Below, one piece after another: positions 1 through 8,137 of a DNA stretch of 64,000 nt. The DNA is taken from the IMG/VR virus record IMGVR_UViG_3300042888_002988, positions 1 through 64,000 of that record; one strand, written 5' to 3'. A program made the translations under genes and the position numbers. The first letter of the stretch is position 1; each line of letters begins with the position of its first letter. The DNA is from a virus (lineage: Duplodnaviria > Caudoviricetes). The notes below the pieces were generated by a model that was not told the origin of the DNA, did no database searches, and saw only the letters and a program-made list of their open reading frames with translations.

Positions 1-951
1 TTCGCCAACGCCGTGGGCGACTCGGTCATGACGACCATGATGTCGCGCTGGCGAGGTGAGATGCAGAACATGATCGCCCAGCGCCGTAAGGATGCGACAT
101 CGATCCACGCCCTGCCGTTCCCGGTCAACCTGCAGGAGTTCTCCGGCAACGGGAAAGCCATGGTGATGTACGAGGTGGTTGAGGCCTACACGAACGCTCT
201 GTTCGACGGTCTGGGATTTCCACGGGAACTCTATCGCGGCTCGATCAACGTCGAGCAGCTGCCAAACGCCATCCGCATGTTCGAGCGCCACTACGAGTGG
301 CTCTACGACGCGCTGGATGGTCTGCTCAAGTTCATCGCACGCACCGTGCAGAGATCCTTCGAGTCCGCGGAGATGGAGGTCCGCCTCAAGCGGCCGGCCA
401 TGGCCTACAACGCCGAGTGGATGCAGCTGCGCATGCAGTTGGCAGCCAACCGCGAGATTCCCCGCAAGGACGTGTATCCCGACATCGGTGTCACCGATCC
501 GGAGGCCGCCAACCTTCGCGCGATCGAGGAGGACCAGGAGATCCAGCGCGGAGCCGAGGAGCTGGGCAAGAATTACGAGAAGGAGCGCACTCAGGGCTCC
601 ATGGCCGACCTGGCCATGGCTGCCGCAGAGCAGTCCATGCAGGCCGCTGCAGGTGGAGGTGGAGCCGCCGCTGGCGGAGCGCCGGCCGCCCCAGGTGCGG
701 CACTGGACTACGCTGTCGACCCGAGCGCGGATCCGACGATGGTGCAGCAGCGCGCGCAGGAGATTGCGTCTCAGTGGATCCAGATGCACGAGCAGCAGCC
801 GAACTCGCACCGCAAGGAAATGCAGCGGGCCGAGGCGATCAACCCGACCCTGTATGCAGCCGCGAAAGACGCCATGGACAAGATGCGCGGACAGGCGGCT
901 TCGCAAGGTCGAGCGCAGACTGGGCAAATGCTTGCAGGGCAGCAGCAATAA
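1..951 (+). CDS. probable phage portal protein, C-terminal part (5'-truncated by window)
   Basis: Frame is open from base 1. NALFDGLGFPRELY resembles the portal I..AFGVP..LLG segment; A/Q-rich tail; lies at the head of a virion-type cluster. Confidence 0.5.
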   Translation, partial: FANAVGDSVMTTMMSRWRGEMQNMIAQRRKDATSIHALPFPVNLQEFSGNGKAMVMYEVVEAYTNALFDGLGFPRELYRGSINVEQLPNAIRMFERHYEWLYDALDGLLKFIARTVQRSFESAEMEVRLKRPAMAYNAEWMQLRMQLAANREIPRKDVYPDIGVTDPEAANLRAIEEDQEIQRGAEELGKNYEKERTQGSMADLAMAAAEQSMQAAAGGGGAAAGGAPAAPGAALDYAVDPSADPTMVQQRAQEIASQWIQMHEQQPNSHRKEMQRAEAINPTLYAAAKDAMDKMRGQAASQGRAQTGQMLAGQQQ

Positions 952-966
952 CTGTATAGTGACGGC

Positions 967-1215
967 GTGAAGCCGCACTCTCGTTCCATCTCCCCTTACC
1001 CGAAGAAGCTGCGAGACGCCGCGATTCAGGAAGTCAAAACGACACAGTCTAAGACTGTGTCGGCTGATAAGCTGAAGTTCGACAACGATCACAACGCCAC
1101 GCCCAAGACGCACGACAACATGACGGCTGAGCAATTCGACTCCGAAAACTGGGTCGCCAAGTATCCCGGACAGAACTGCGAGCACATCGGTAACGGGTCA
1201 GGAGGTGTGCGATGA
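967..1215 (+). CDS. hypothetical protein
   Basis: 82-aa ORF with GTG start; stop overlaps the next ATG (ATGA). Confidence 0.55.
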   Translation: MKPHSRSISPYPKKLRDAAIQEVKTTQSKTVSADKLKFDNDHNATPKTHDNMTAEQFDSENWVAKYPGQNCEHIGNGSGGVR

Positions 1216-2060
1216 CCGACAATCCGCTGAGCCCGCACGGAGCGGTTCCGCAATACATGCCGCCGCATCTGCGCGGCAAGGTGTGGGACTTCCGCAACGA
1301 GCCGGACGGTAAAATTTCATTCCAGCATCCGGAGGCTTCGCTAGGGCTCGCGCCGTCGCAGTCGCGGGTGTCTATGACGCCCGAAGAATACAAGCTGAGC
1401 TTCGACCCAGTGCACCGGATGACCCGCCTAGATGAAGCTGCGTCCACAGGCTACGCACCGATGCACCGCCGGCCCGAGACAGAATCTCGGAGGCTGAACA
1501 ACATGATCGGCAAAGGGGTCAACAGCGCGCTTGGCTGGGGCACCTCATCGCAGGGCAAGGCCGTGGGAACCGCCGGACTACTTGCCGCTCTGGCTGGCGG
1601 AGTCGGTGGCTACATGTGGGGCCGAGGCCAGGACGAGAGTCCGATCCGCCGGGCCCTGCTGATGGCGCTCCTGGCGGGCGGTGTTGGCGCGGCCGGCACG
1701 GCCTGGGCGCAGAACAAACACAACCGGCGCGAGGCATACTTGTCCAAGAACGCCGCGGCGATGGATCTCACGCAGGCCATCATCAGCATGCTGAACCGCG
1801 ACCCTTCCATAAACTCCGGCCAGCGGGCACTGATCTTCCGCGCCCTCATCAACACTGGGCCGTCCGAGCGCGAGGATTTGTATCGCTTGCTGAGCACCGC
1901 CGCAGGTAGTGGCGTGGGCATTCTGGCGTTGCGCTTCTTGGGAGCCAAAGGCTTGCTACCTATGCTGGCCGGTGGTATACTTGGCGGCGCCATAGGGAGT
2001 AGCTTCGGCTCATCCCCGCAGCGTAACGCTTTGGGACAAACTTCACTCGACTACATCTGA
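1212..2060 (+). CDS. Gly/Ala-rich hydrophobic protein, probable virion/ejection protein
   Basis: AGGAGGT Shine-Dalgarno 5 nt before the ATG; several glycine-zipper-like hydrophobic segments; KNAA motif. Confidence 0.65.
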   Translation: MTDNPLSPHGAVPQYMPPHLRGKVWDFRNEPDGKISFQHPEASLGLAPSQSRVSMTPEEYKLSFDPVHRMTRLDEAASTGYAPMHRRPETESRRLNNMIGKGVNSALGWGTSSQGKAVGTAGLLAALAGGVGGYMWGRGQDESPIRRALLMALLAGGVGAAGTAWAQNKHNRREAYLSKNAAAMDLTQAIISMLNRDPSINSGQRALIFRALINTGPSEREDLYRLLSTAAGSGVGILALRFLGAKGLLPMLAGGILGGAIGSSFGSSPQRNALGQTSLDYI

Positions 2061-2061
2061 T

Positions 2062-2649
2062 ATGAACATCACCGCAGCAGGTTTCACATTCGGGCAAGGG
2101 CTTGCCTCTTCAGCGTTTGGCATTAACCACGCCGAGATGACGCGCCGACGCGCCATGCACGACGTCATGTCGAGCGCCGAGGGGGCGCCGTTCCAGCGCC
2201 AGCTTTGCAAGATCGCCGCGGATCTGTTCGCAGAGATGGGCGACGCACAGTGCCCGGCTGCAGTATTGTTTCGCAACCTGGAGAAGACCGCCACGTGGCA
2301 CAAGTCCTACGACCGGTTCACGGATCACGTGCGACGCGCGCTGTCCGGGCAGGAGTCGCTCCAGAAAGAGGCCATGGGCATCCTGCCGGTGGCTGCCGCG
2401 CTGCACGACAAGGCCGGCGGCGGCATCATGAAGACTCTCGCGGCTGGCGGAGCTTTGGGCGGCGCTGCGCTGGGCTCCCTGGCATTCTTGCTGTCGCGCA
2501 ACGCCGATCAGTCGTCCGCGGAGAACGCCATTCTCATGGAGAAGATTCGCGCCTACCGCAAACTCAAGAACGACATTGAGGAGGACATGGCGTCCGAGCC
2601 TCCCGCCTCGATGCGCAGCAAACCTTCCACATCGCGTTACAATGTCTAA
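2062..2649 (+). CDS. probable virion protein with glycine-rich hydrophobic segment
   Basis: 195-aa ORF; GGALGGAALG segment; EKTA and QKEA motifs. Confidence 0.65.
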   Translation: MNITAAGFTFGQGLASSAFGINHAEMTRRRAMHDVMSSAEGAPFQRQLCKIAADLFAEMGDAQCPAAVLFRNLEKTATWHKSYDRFTDHVRRALSGQESLQKEAMGILPVAAALHDKAGGGIMKTLAAGGALGGAALGSLAFLLSRNADQSSAENAILMEKIRAYRKLKNDIEEDMASEPPASMRSKPSTSRYNV

Positions 2650-3118
2650 GCGTCTCCCCGCACCGCTGTCCGCCGCTGAACAGGAGCTTGAGCTTCTGGA
2701 GCACGCGGACGAGCTATTTGAAAAGTCGGCCGCATCAGTGGCAGAAGAGACGGACTACGTGCGGGTCGAGGAGAGTCGGTTCGAGGATCGCCCACCGGTG
2801 GCTCCCGATGACGAAGACGAGGATGAGAACGAGAAGGAAGAACGCCGCCGCTCTTCGAGCAGTATGATCTGGGGAGCCAAACCTACCCTCCGCAACCAGC
2901 TACAGGAGCAGCCACGGACTGTGAGGTTCGTGGATCCAGAGACCAAAATGCTGGACCTTTCCAAAGCCGCTGATCTCAAAGAATACAACCGGATCCAGCG
3001 CGCAGCGGCCGATCTGGAGTCTCCCACGCTTGCCGTGCAGGAGATCGACAAGCAGAAGCACGAAGGCACTTGGGTCGTGTTGATCACCTTCTGCACAGTT
3101 CAATACATGCAGCTCTAA
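2642..3118 (+). CDS. hypothetical protein (virion cluster)
   Basis: ATG at 2642 overlaps the previous stop; acidic tract; EKSAA motif. Confidence 0.65.
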   Translation: MSKRLPAPLSAAEQELELLEHADELFEKSAASVAEETDYVRVEESRFEDRPPVAPDDEDEDENEKEERRRSSSSMIWGAKPTLRNQLQEQPRTVRFVDPETKMLDLSKAADLKEYNRIQRAAADLESPTLAVQEIDKQKHEGTWVVLITFCTVQYMQL

Positions 3119-3125
3119 CACCACT

Positions 3126-4601
3126 ATGTCCGACAACATCATCGAATCACTCGCGCGCAACACAAAGGAAGGCCTGATCGGATCGGTCAGTTCGCCCAGC
3201 TCAGCGCAAGCTCAGGACGAGCGCGGCACCAACCTGGTGCGCAACCTCGCGACTGGAGGTCTGGCGCTCGGTGCCGGCACCAGCGCCGTGGTCGCGCTGC
3301 TCAACTACCTCAAGTCGATTCGCGAGGAGAACGAGTTGGAGGACGCGTCGCGTCTCAACGACGATACCCTTTACATCTCGGCCCCACAGAAGAAATCGGC
3401 CGCCGAAGTCAACCGCTGGCTCGCCCCGGGATTGGCGGTGACCGGTGGGATCCTCTCCGCGGGCGGTGCCTACGCTCTGACCCAGGCGGTCTACAACTAC
3501 CTGCAGAAAAAGCGTAAGGAGAAGATGCTCGACGAAGCCCAGGGGGAAGCCTTGAGGGCTGCCGACCTGGAGGTTGGCGCCAAGCAAGCTGCGGTCGCGC
3601 CCGCTGCGTCACCATCAGCTGACGCCAAGATGAACCTCTACGACCTCATCTCCGCAACACCGGTGGCGCTGCCGCTACTGGCGGCACTGGCGGCCGGCGG
3701 CGTCACGTTCGCTGCCCTGCGCAAGACCTTCCCAACCGTCAAGCCGACCAAGTCGAAATACCCGAAGCGCATCCGCCAGGTCGCCACCAACGGCCAGGTA
3801 TCGGAGATGCCGGGCGACGACGAGGTACTCAAGTCAGCGTCCGAGCTGTGGGCCGAGGCCGACTGCGAAGCCGCCGCCCAGGAGTTCCTCATGCTGACGG
3901 TGGACCAGATGGCGAACGAGAAGTCTGCAGCATTCTGTTTCACCTCCGAGCTTCTGTGCAAGGCAGCCCGCGACGGCATCGAAGGCTTGGCACGCACGCA
4001 GCGCGACGGAGGGCTCGAGGCCCTCGTGGAGTTCGTGAAGGGCGCATCGGATGACCCGGTGTCGCTTCCCGAGAAAGTCTTGGCCGCCGCGACCATCTGC
4101 AAGTCGGCGCGCCTGCGTCCCATTGCCAACATGCTTGCCGCATCTGAGTTCCGTGAGCTGGTACCTACGCTGACAGACGAAATCTTTTCGCACGGCGAGC
4201 AGCAGCTTGAGAAGTTCGCCGGTATCGCTCCGTTGCTGCACCTGGCTTTCTTTCGCCCGCAGATGCTGGACAAGGTCGCCATGGACACGGCGCTCGCCGA
4301 GGAGCTCGAACAGCTTCTAGCAGGTGACCCGACTCTGGCCGGCGACCCCGCCCTGGCCGCCCAGATATCCGGCGATCCAGCCATCCCGGATGAGATGCTG
4401 GAGGAGCTGACTTCCGATGCCGCTGGCGGCATGAGCGAGGACGCCGAGGGAGGCGACATCCCCGACGAGCTACGCGAGAACCTGCAGCCGAATAACCCGG
4501 ACCCTGTGGATCAATTCATGGAGTCCGAGAGTCTGAACTCGCCCATTTTGGAACCCGAAATCGAAACCGATCCGCAAGGTTCCCTGCCCGCGGCCCTGTG
4601 A
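3126..4601 (+). CDS. probable virion/internal head protein with hydrophobic segments
   Basis: 491 aa; three Gly/Ala hydrophobic stretches; about seven K-x-A motifs; acidic C-terminus. Confidence 0.7.
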   Translation: MSDNIIESLARNTKEGLIGSVSSPSSAQAQDERGTNLVRNLATGGLALGAGTSAVVALLNYLKSIREENELEDASRLNDDTLYISAPQKKSAAEVNRWLAPGLAVTGGILSAGGAYALTQAVYNYLQKKRKEKMLDEAQGEALRAADLEVGAKQAAVAPAASPSADAKMNLYDLISATPVALPLLAALAAGGVTFAALRKTFPTVKPTKSKYPKRIRQVATNGQVSEMPGDDEVLKSASELWAEADCEAAAQEFLMLTVDQMANEKSAAFCFTSELLCKAARDGIEGLARTQRDGGLEALVEFVKGASDDPVSLPEKVLAAATICKSARLRPIANMLAASEFRELVPTLTDEIFSHGEQQLEKFAGIAPLLHLAFFRPQMLDKVAMDTALAEELEQLLAGDPTLAGDPALAAQISGDPAIPDEMLEELTSDAAGGMSEDAEGGDIPDELRENLQPNNPDPVDQFMESESLNSPILEPEIETDPQGSLPAAL

Positions 4602-4620
4602 CAACAGCGCTGTTCACCCT

Positions 4621-4654
4621 GCCCGGCTACCCGTCCCAGGTAGCCGGGCTTTTT
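4621..4654 (+). terminator. Rho-independent terminator
   Basis: 11-bp stem GCCCGGCTACC/GGTAGCCGGGC followed by TTTTT. Confidence 0.85.
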
Positions 4655-4695
4655 CGTGCCTATTCTACCCGATAAACCAAACACCAACGCAAACC

Positions 4696-5241
4696 ATGAC
4701 TAACATCCAAGAAATTGAAAACGCTCTCTACCACGCCAAGTCAGGCACCCGTGTGGAGATCGACGGCTACCATGACTCCGAGGGTAACGTCACCGACCTG
4801 AAGGTGGAGTTGCTGCCACCAGATGCCTACGCTACGATGCAGAACGAAGACCTGGCCCTCCTGCGCGACGCCGACGTGGCGACGCTGTTCGGCGACGGCC
4901 TCGGCGACCTGCAGCTGACAGATCTCATTGCCGCTCGCGAGCAGCTGATCGCCGCACGCGAGAAGGCCATCCGACAACGCGAGGAAGGAGGTAGCGCCTA
5001 CAAAGGCGCGGAGTATACATCGATCACGGACTCGATGGGCAAACTGCCCGGGCAGAACGACACGCTCTACCTGATGCGGATGCAGACGTTGAAGATTCCC
5101 ACGGAGCCAAAGCCGGCGAAGGGAGCCATTCCGCGTGCGAAGCAGAAGCTGGCGCGACAACTGAATTTGCCGACCATCTGGTATATCCATACGCTGAAGC
5201 TGGAGCCAGGTAAGTTCACGGATCTGCGAATTGTGCGCTGA
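4696..5241 (+). CDS. hypothetical protein
   Basis: 181-aa ORF with A/C-rich leader and codon usage like its neighbours. Confidence 0.7.
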   Translation: MTNIQEIENALYHAKSGTRVEIDGYHDSEGNVTDLKVELLPPDAYATMQNEDLALLRDADVATLFGDGLGDLQLTDLIAAREQLIAAREKAIRQREEGGSAYKGAEYTSITDSMGKLPGQNDTLYLMRMQTLKIPTEPKPAKGAIPRAKQKLARQLNLPTIWYIHTLKLEPGKFTDLRIVR

Positions 5242-5280
5242 CCATACTTTGTAAATACAGTCATTACAATGTAAGCACAT

Positions 5281-5415
5281 AGACTGCCAAATGTCGCAGC
5301 GTTTGGCAGTCTTGCAGACAAATTGAAAACGTCAAACTGGCAGTTACGTTAGATTTACGCATATCGTTCACAGTCAGTTCATTGTCGCCGTTAATAGCGG
5401 CTAAACGGACTGCCA
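5281..5415. repeat. AT-rich intergenic region with 11-bp inverted repeat and four ACTGCCA copies
   Basis: AGACTGCCAAA (5281-5291) / TTTGGCAGTCT (5302-5312); further copies at 5338-5344 (-) and 5409-5415 (+). Confidence 0.6.
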
Positions 5416-5519
5416 ACTCAGTAGCTACGTGGCAAAAACGGACCCTCTGAAATCGGAGGGCCGATCTCCCTTAGGAAAAACGGGTTGACGATTGGGCTTG
5501 CCGCGGCCAGTAATTGTGC

Positions 5520-6125
5520 ATGGACAAGCCCATCGAGACCTTCCCGCAAGACGTCAGCAAATTCAAGAAAGTGGAACTGTGTGATCACATGGGTAGGTCG
5601 GTGGAACTTCCGAAGGCTGGAGCAGTGCTATCGGCGACGCAGATGCGCACCTACTTCATGCAGGGGCCGGCACGGGTCGGTAAGTTCGATGACCAGGGGC
5701 GCGCCGGGGATGCAATCCGCGAGGAGCTTGTGCGGGCGCAGGTGCCATACATCGTCACGCTGTTGATCTACGACAGCAAGTTCCAGATCGAGCCCACGAA
5801 GCGCGAATACTTCGTCTATGCTCCGCTGGAGATCCAGAAAGCCGCCGAACTCGCAATCCGCCTGTGGCAGCGGTGGGAGCGCCCGCCGCGGCCGGAGTTC
5901 CTGTTCGGTGACATGCGTGAGGTCTTTCCGAAGGTCGATGACGGCGTCGTGGGCGAGCCCATCCCTGACTCAGTATTTGATGAGCATTGGGCCGACGTGC
6001 GCAAGAGGAAGCACAAATGTGCTGGTAACCCGGACGATCCTTTCGCCTTTACCTGCTTGGATCAGGATGTTATGCTGCAGAAGCTGACCGACTTCCAGAC
6101 CGGTCTACATGTCAAGATCAGATAA
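5520..6125 (+). CDS. hypothetical protein
   Basis: ATG at 5520, 35 nt after a TTGACG hexamer at 5485. Confidence 0.7.
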   Translation: MDKPIETFPQDVSKFKKVELCDHMGRSVELPKAGAVLSATQMRTYFMQGPARVGKFDDQGRAGDAIREELVRAQVPYIVTLLIYDSKFQIEPTKREYFVYAPLEIQKAAELAIRLWQRWERPPRPEFLFGDMREVFPKVDDGVVGEPIPDSVFDEHWADVRKRKHKCAGNPDDPFAFTCLDQDVMLQKLTDFQTGLHVKIR

Positions 6126-6141
6126 CCAAAGCACCACCACT

Positions 6142-6681
6142 ATGAGTAACGAATCCACTCCTCACACCCTTGAATCCCTCGAAGAGCTCCCACGCAAAGC
6201 GGACGTAATCGCGATCGCTGAACAGGCGGGCATCGACACCGAGGGTACCCGCGCCGAAATCACTGCCCGCATCCTCGAAGCGCAAGCTGGCGCGGATGGC
6301 GATTCCAGCAGCAGCGGCGACGGCAGCCCATCCGAAAGCAGCAGTTCTGCAGACGATGCCGATAGCGATACCAGCAGCGCTGACAGCAAAGAGCCTGTCG
6401 CGACCGGTGCGCTATCGGATACTGCCAAGCAGCTCTTGGGGACTGTCGTGGCATCTTACTATGGCGTCGAAGAAGCGCCGGCCGAAATGCCAGCAATTTT
6501 CGAGGCCATTGAAGCAGGTAAACAGCCGTGCATCATCACCGGAAAAGGTAACGCCAGATTTGCGGTGCAGATTACCGACGATGCTTTCGACTGCGACGAT
6601 CGCGCAAGCGATGTCACCGACGGTGTCCTGTCGAACCTCGCTCGCATCCTAGCGGACAAGCTGATCTTCCCGCGTGGCTGA
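6142..6681 (+). CDS. protein with N-terminal HeH/Rho-N-like nucleic-acid-binding motif and Ser/Asp linker
   Basis: KADVIAIAEQAGIDTEGTRAEITARI matches the helix-extension-helix pattern. Confidence 0.55.
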   Translation: MSNESTPHTLESLEELPRKADVIAIAEQAGIDTEGTRAEITARILEAQAGADGDSSSSGDGSPSESSSSADDADSDTSSADSKEPVATGALSDTAKQLLGTVVASYYGVEEAPAEMPAIFEAIEAGKQPCIITGKGNARFAVQITDDAFDCDDRASDVTDGVLSNLARILADKLIFPRG

Positions 6682-7081
6682 GGTCGCCGACACAGCTGAG
6701 TTATCTGACACGGTGGTGCTCTACGGATTCCGTAAGCGCCACCGTGCTGCCCGGCTGATGAACAGCCTGGCTGAGATACCCTGCTACCCCTCGACCATAT
6801 ACCGAATTGACCAGCAAGGTCGATACTACGGCGCGCTGGACCAGCTGCGCCACTGCATCTATTACATCCACGTATTGAACTGGTGCGACCGCCGGCAAAG
6901 CGCCCCGGTGATACGCTGGTCGGACGAACCAGCCGCCCTGGCCAAATTTTTAGTTAAGGCAGGTCCTGCTGCTTTGATCCGTTTCACGTCCGGGATACGC
7001 GTTGTGCGGCCGATGACGTTGAAAACGAGCTACAGCGAGCACGCTGCGCTCTATGCAAAAATGATGCTGTCTGCGTCATAA
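6674..7081 (+). CDS. hypothetical protein
   Basis: 135-aa ORF overlapping the previous stop. Confidence 0.5.
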   Translation: MAEVADTAELSDTVVLYGFRKRHRAARLMNSLAEIPCYPSTIYRIDQQGRYYGALDQLRHCIYYIHVLNWCDRRQSAPVIRWSDEPAALAKFLVKAGPAALIRFTSGIRVVRPMTLKTSYSEHAALYAKMMLSAS

Positions 7082-7090
7082 TGATTTGCT

Positions 7091-8029
7091 ATGAGCAACT
7101 CATTCGACCCTAACAGTGTACCCGTCGCCGCCATTGAAGATTCATCTCTCAACGGCGCGGCGCGGTTTCAAGTCAGCGGGCGGCGTCTTCATAAACGCTG
7201 GCTCGGAAACATGTATGGCGCATTTTTGACAGCCCTCGACGAGGAAGGACGTATCCTTTTCTTCGCCGGTGGCGCATTAAGGCGCAAAGTAACGAAGACC
7301 ACCGACGAGGTGGTTCTCATGACGCCGGAGGACATCTACCGCGGCACCATGGGGATCGGATCGGAAGGGGCCTTCCAGCCGGAGTATAAGGTCATCACGC
7401 TTGAGGGGCCGGATAAGCATCGGGATTACCCGTTGGAGTTTCGTGACTGTCCATTTCTGTCAGCCTATCTCGGCCGGCAGCTGGTGGACCCGGTGACACC
7501 GCAAGAAGCGGAGGCGGGGAGGCTCCCTCGCCAGCTGGCGACGTCCTGGGGGATCCTCAGGGTTGGTCCAGCGCGGGACAAGATGATGGATGGGTTCAAA
7601 CCCAACGGGACGAACGCAGAGTTGTTTCTGGAACCGCGCACGTGGAAAGAGTCGGCAGTCGCTGGCTCAGTTCCCGGGTCCGGCTCCAACAACCTGACCG
7701 CCCGGCTGTCACCGTATGCTCTGAGCTTCGCGGAGAATTACCCATCGGCTTGGTCACTGGCGGTTTCGTCGGCCTACCTCTTCGGCGGGATGACGATCAT
7801 CCCGACGGCTACTCCGATCCAGGCGTCGACGGTAGTGAGCAACCTCATTGACCATGAGACCCAGACACGCCTCCGCAAGAAGGCAGCCATGGAGGTCGCG
7901 CGAGCGGCCCGCATTGCCGCTGAGCGCGCAGGATCGGAAGTCGGAGGGCACATGAATCTGTTGAGGTCGGCAATCGACCCCGCCACCATGGCGGCCATGG
8001 AATCCAAAGTGAGGCCGCCCGAGGAGTGA
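7091..8029 (+). CDS. hypothetical protein
   Basis: 312-aa ORF filling the gap between neighbours. Confidence 0.7.
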   Translation: MSNSFDPNSVPVAAIEDSSLNGAARFQVSGRRLHKRWLGNMYGAFLTALDEEGRILFFAGGALRRKVTKTTDEVVLMTPEDIYRGTMGIGSEGAFQPEYKVITLEGPDKHRDYPLEFRDCPFLSAYLGRQLVDPVTPQEAEAGRLPRQLATSWGILRVGPARDKMMDGFKPNGTNAELFLEPRTWKESAVAGSVPGSGSNNLTARLSPYALSFAENYPSAWSLAVSSAYLFGGMTIIPTATPIQASTVVSNLIDHETQTRLRKKAAMEVARAARIAAERAGSEVGGHMNLLRSAIDPATMAAMESKVRPPEE

Positions 8030-8059
8030 TCCACGGGGACCTTTAGGTAAACAACCACT

Positions 8060-8096
8060 GCGACAGCGCTGCCAGTAACCCTGGCAGCGCTGTCGC
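8060..8096 (+). terminator. 16-bp perfect hairpin, probable terminator
   Basis: GCGACAGCGCTGCCAG-TAACC-CTGGCAGCGCTGTCGC followed by TTCCTCTTT. Confidence 0.6.
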
Positions 8097-8102
8097 TTCC
8101 TC

Positions 8103-8131
8103 TTTACCTGCGGCAACCTTCGTGGTAAGAT
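8103..8131 (+). promoter_or_regulatory. sigma70-type promoter, probably leaderless mRNA
   Basis: TTTACC-N17-TAAGAT with extended -10 TG; the ATG follows 6 nt later. Confidence 0.65.
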
Positions 8132-8137
8132 TTCCGC

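Noticed and set aside
5468-8052. Similar CCTTAGGAAAAAC / CCTTTAGGTAAAC sequences as a phage promoter
   Set aside because: Only two imperfect copies, which is insufficient.
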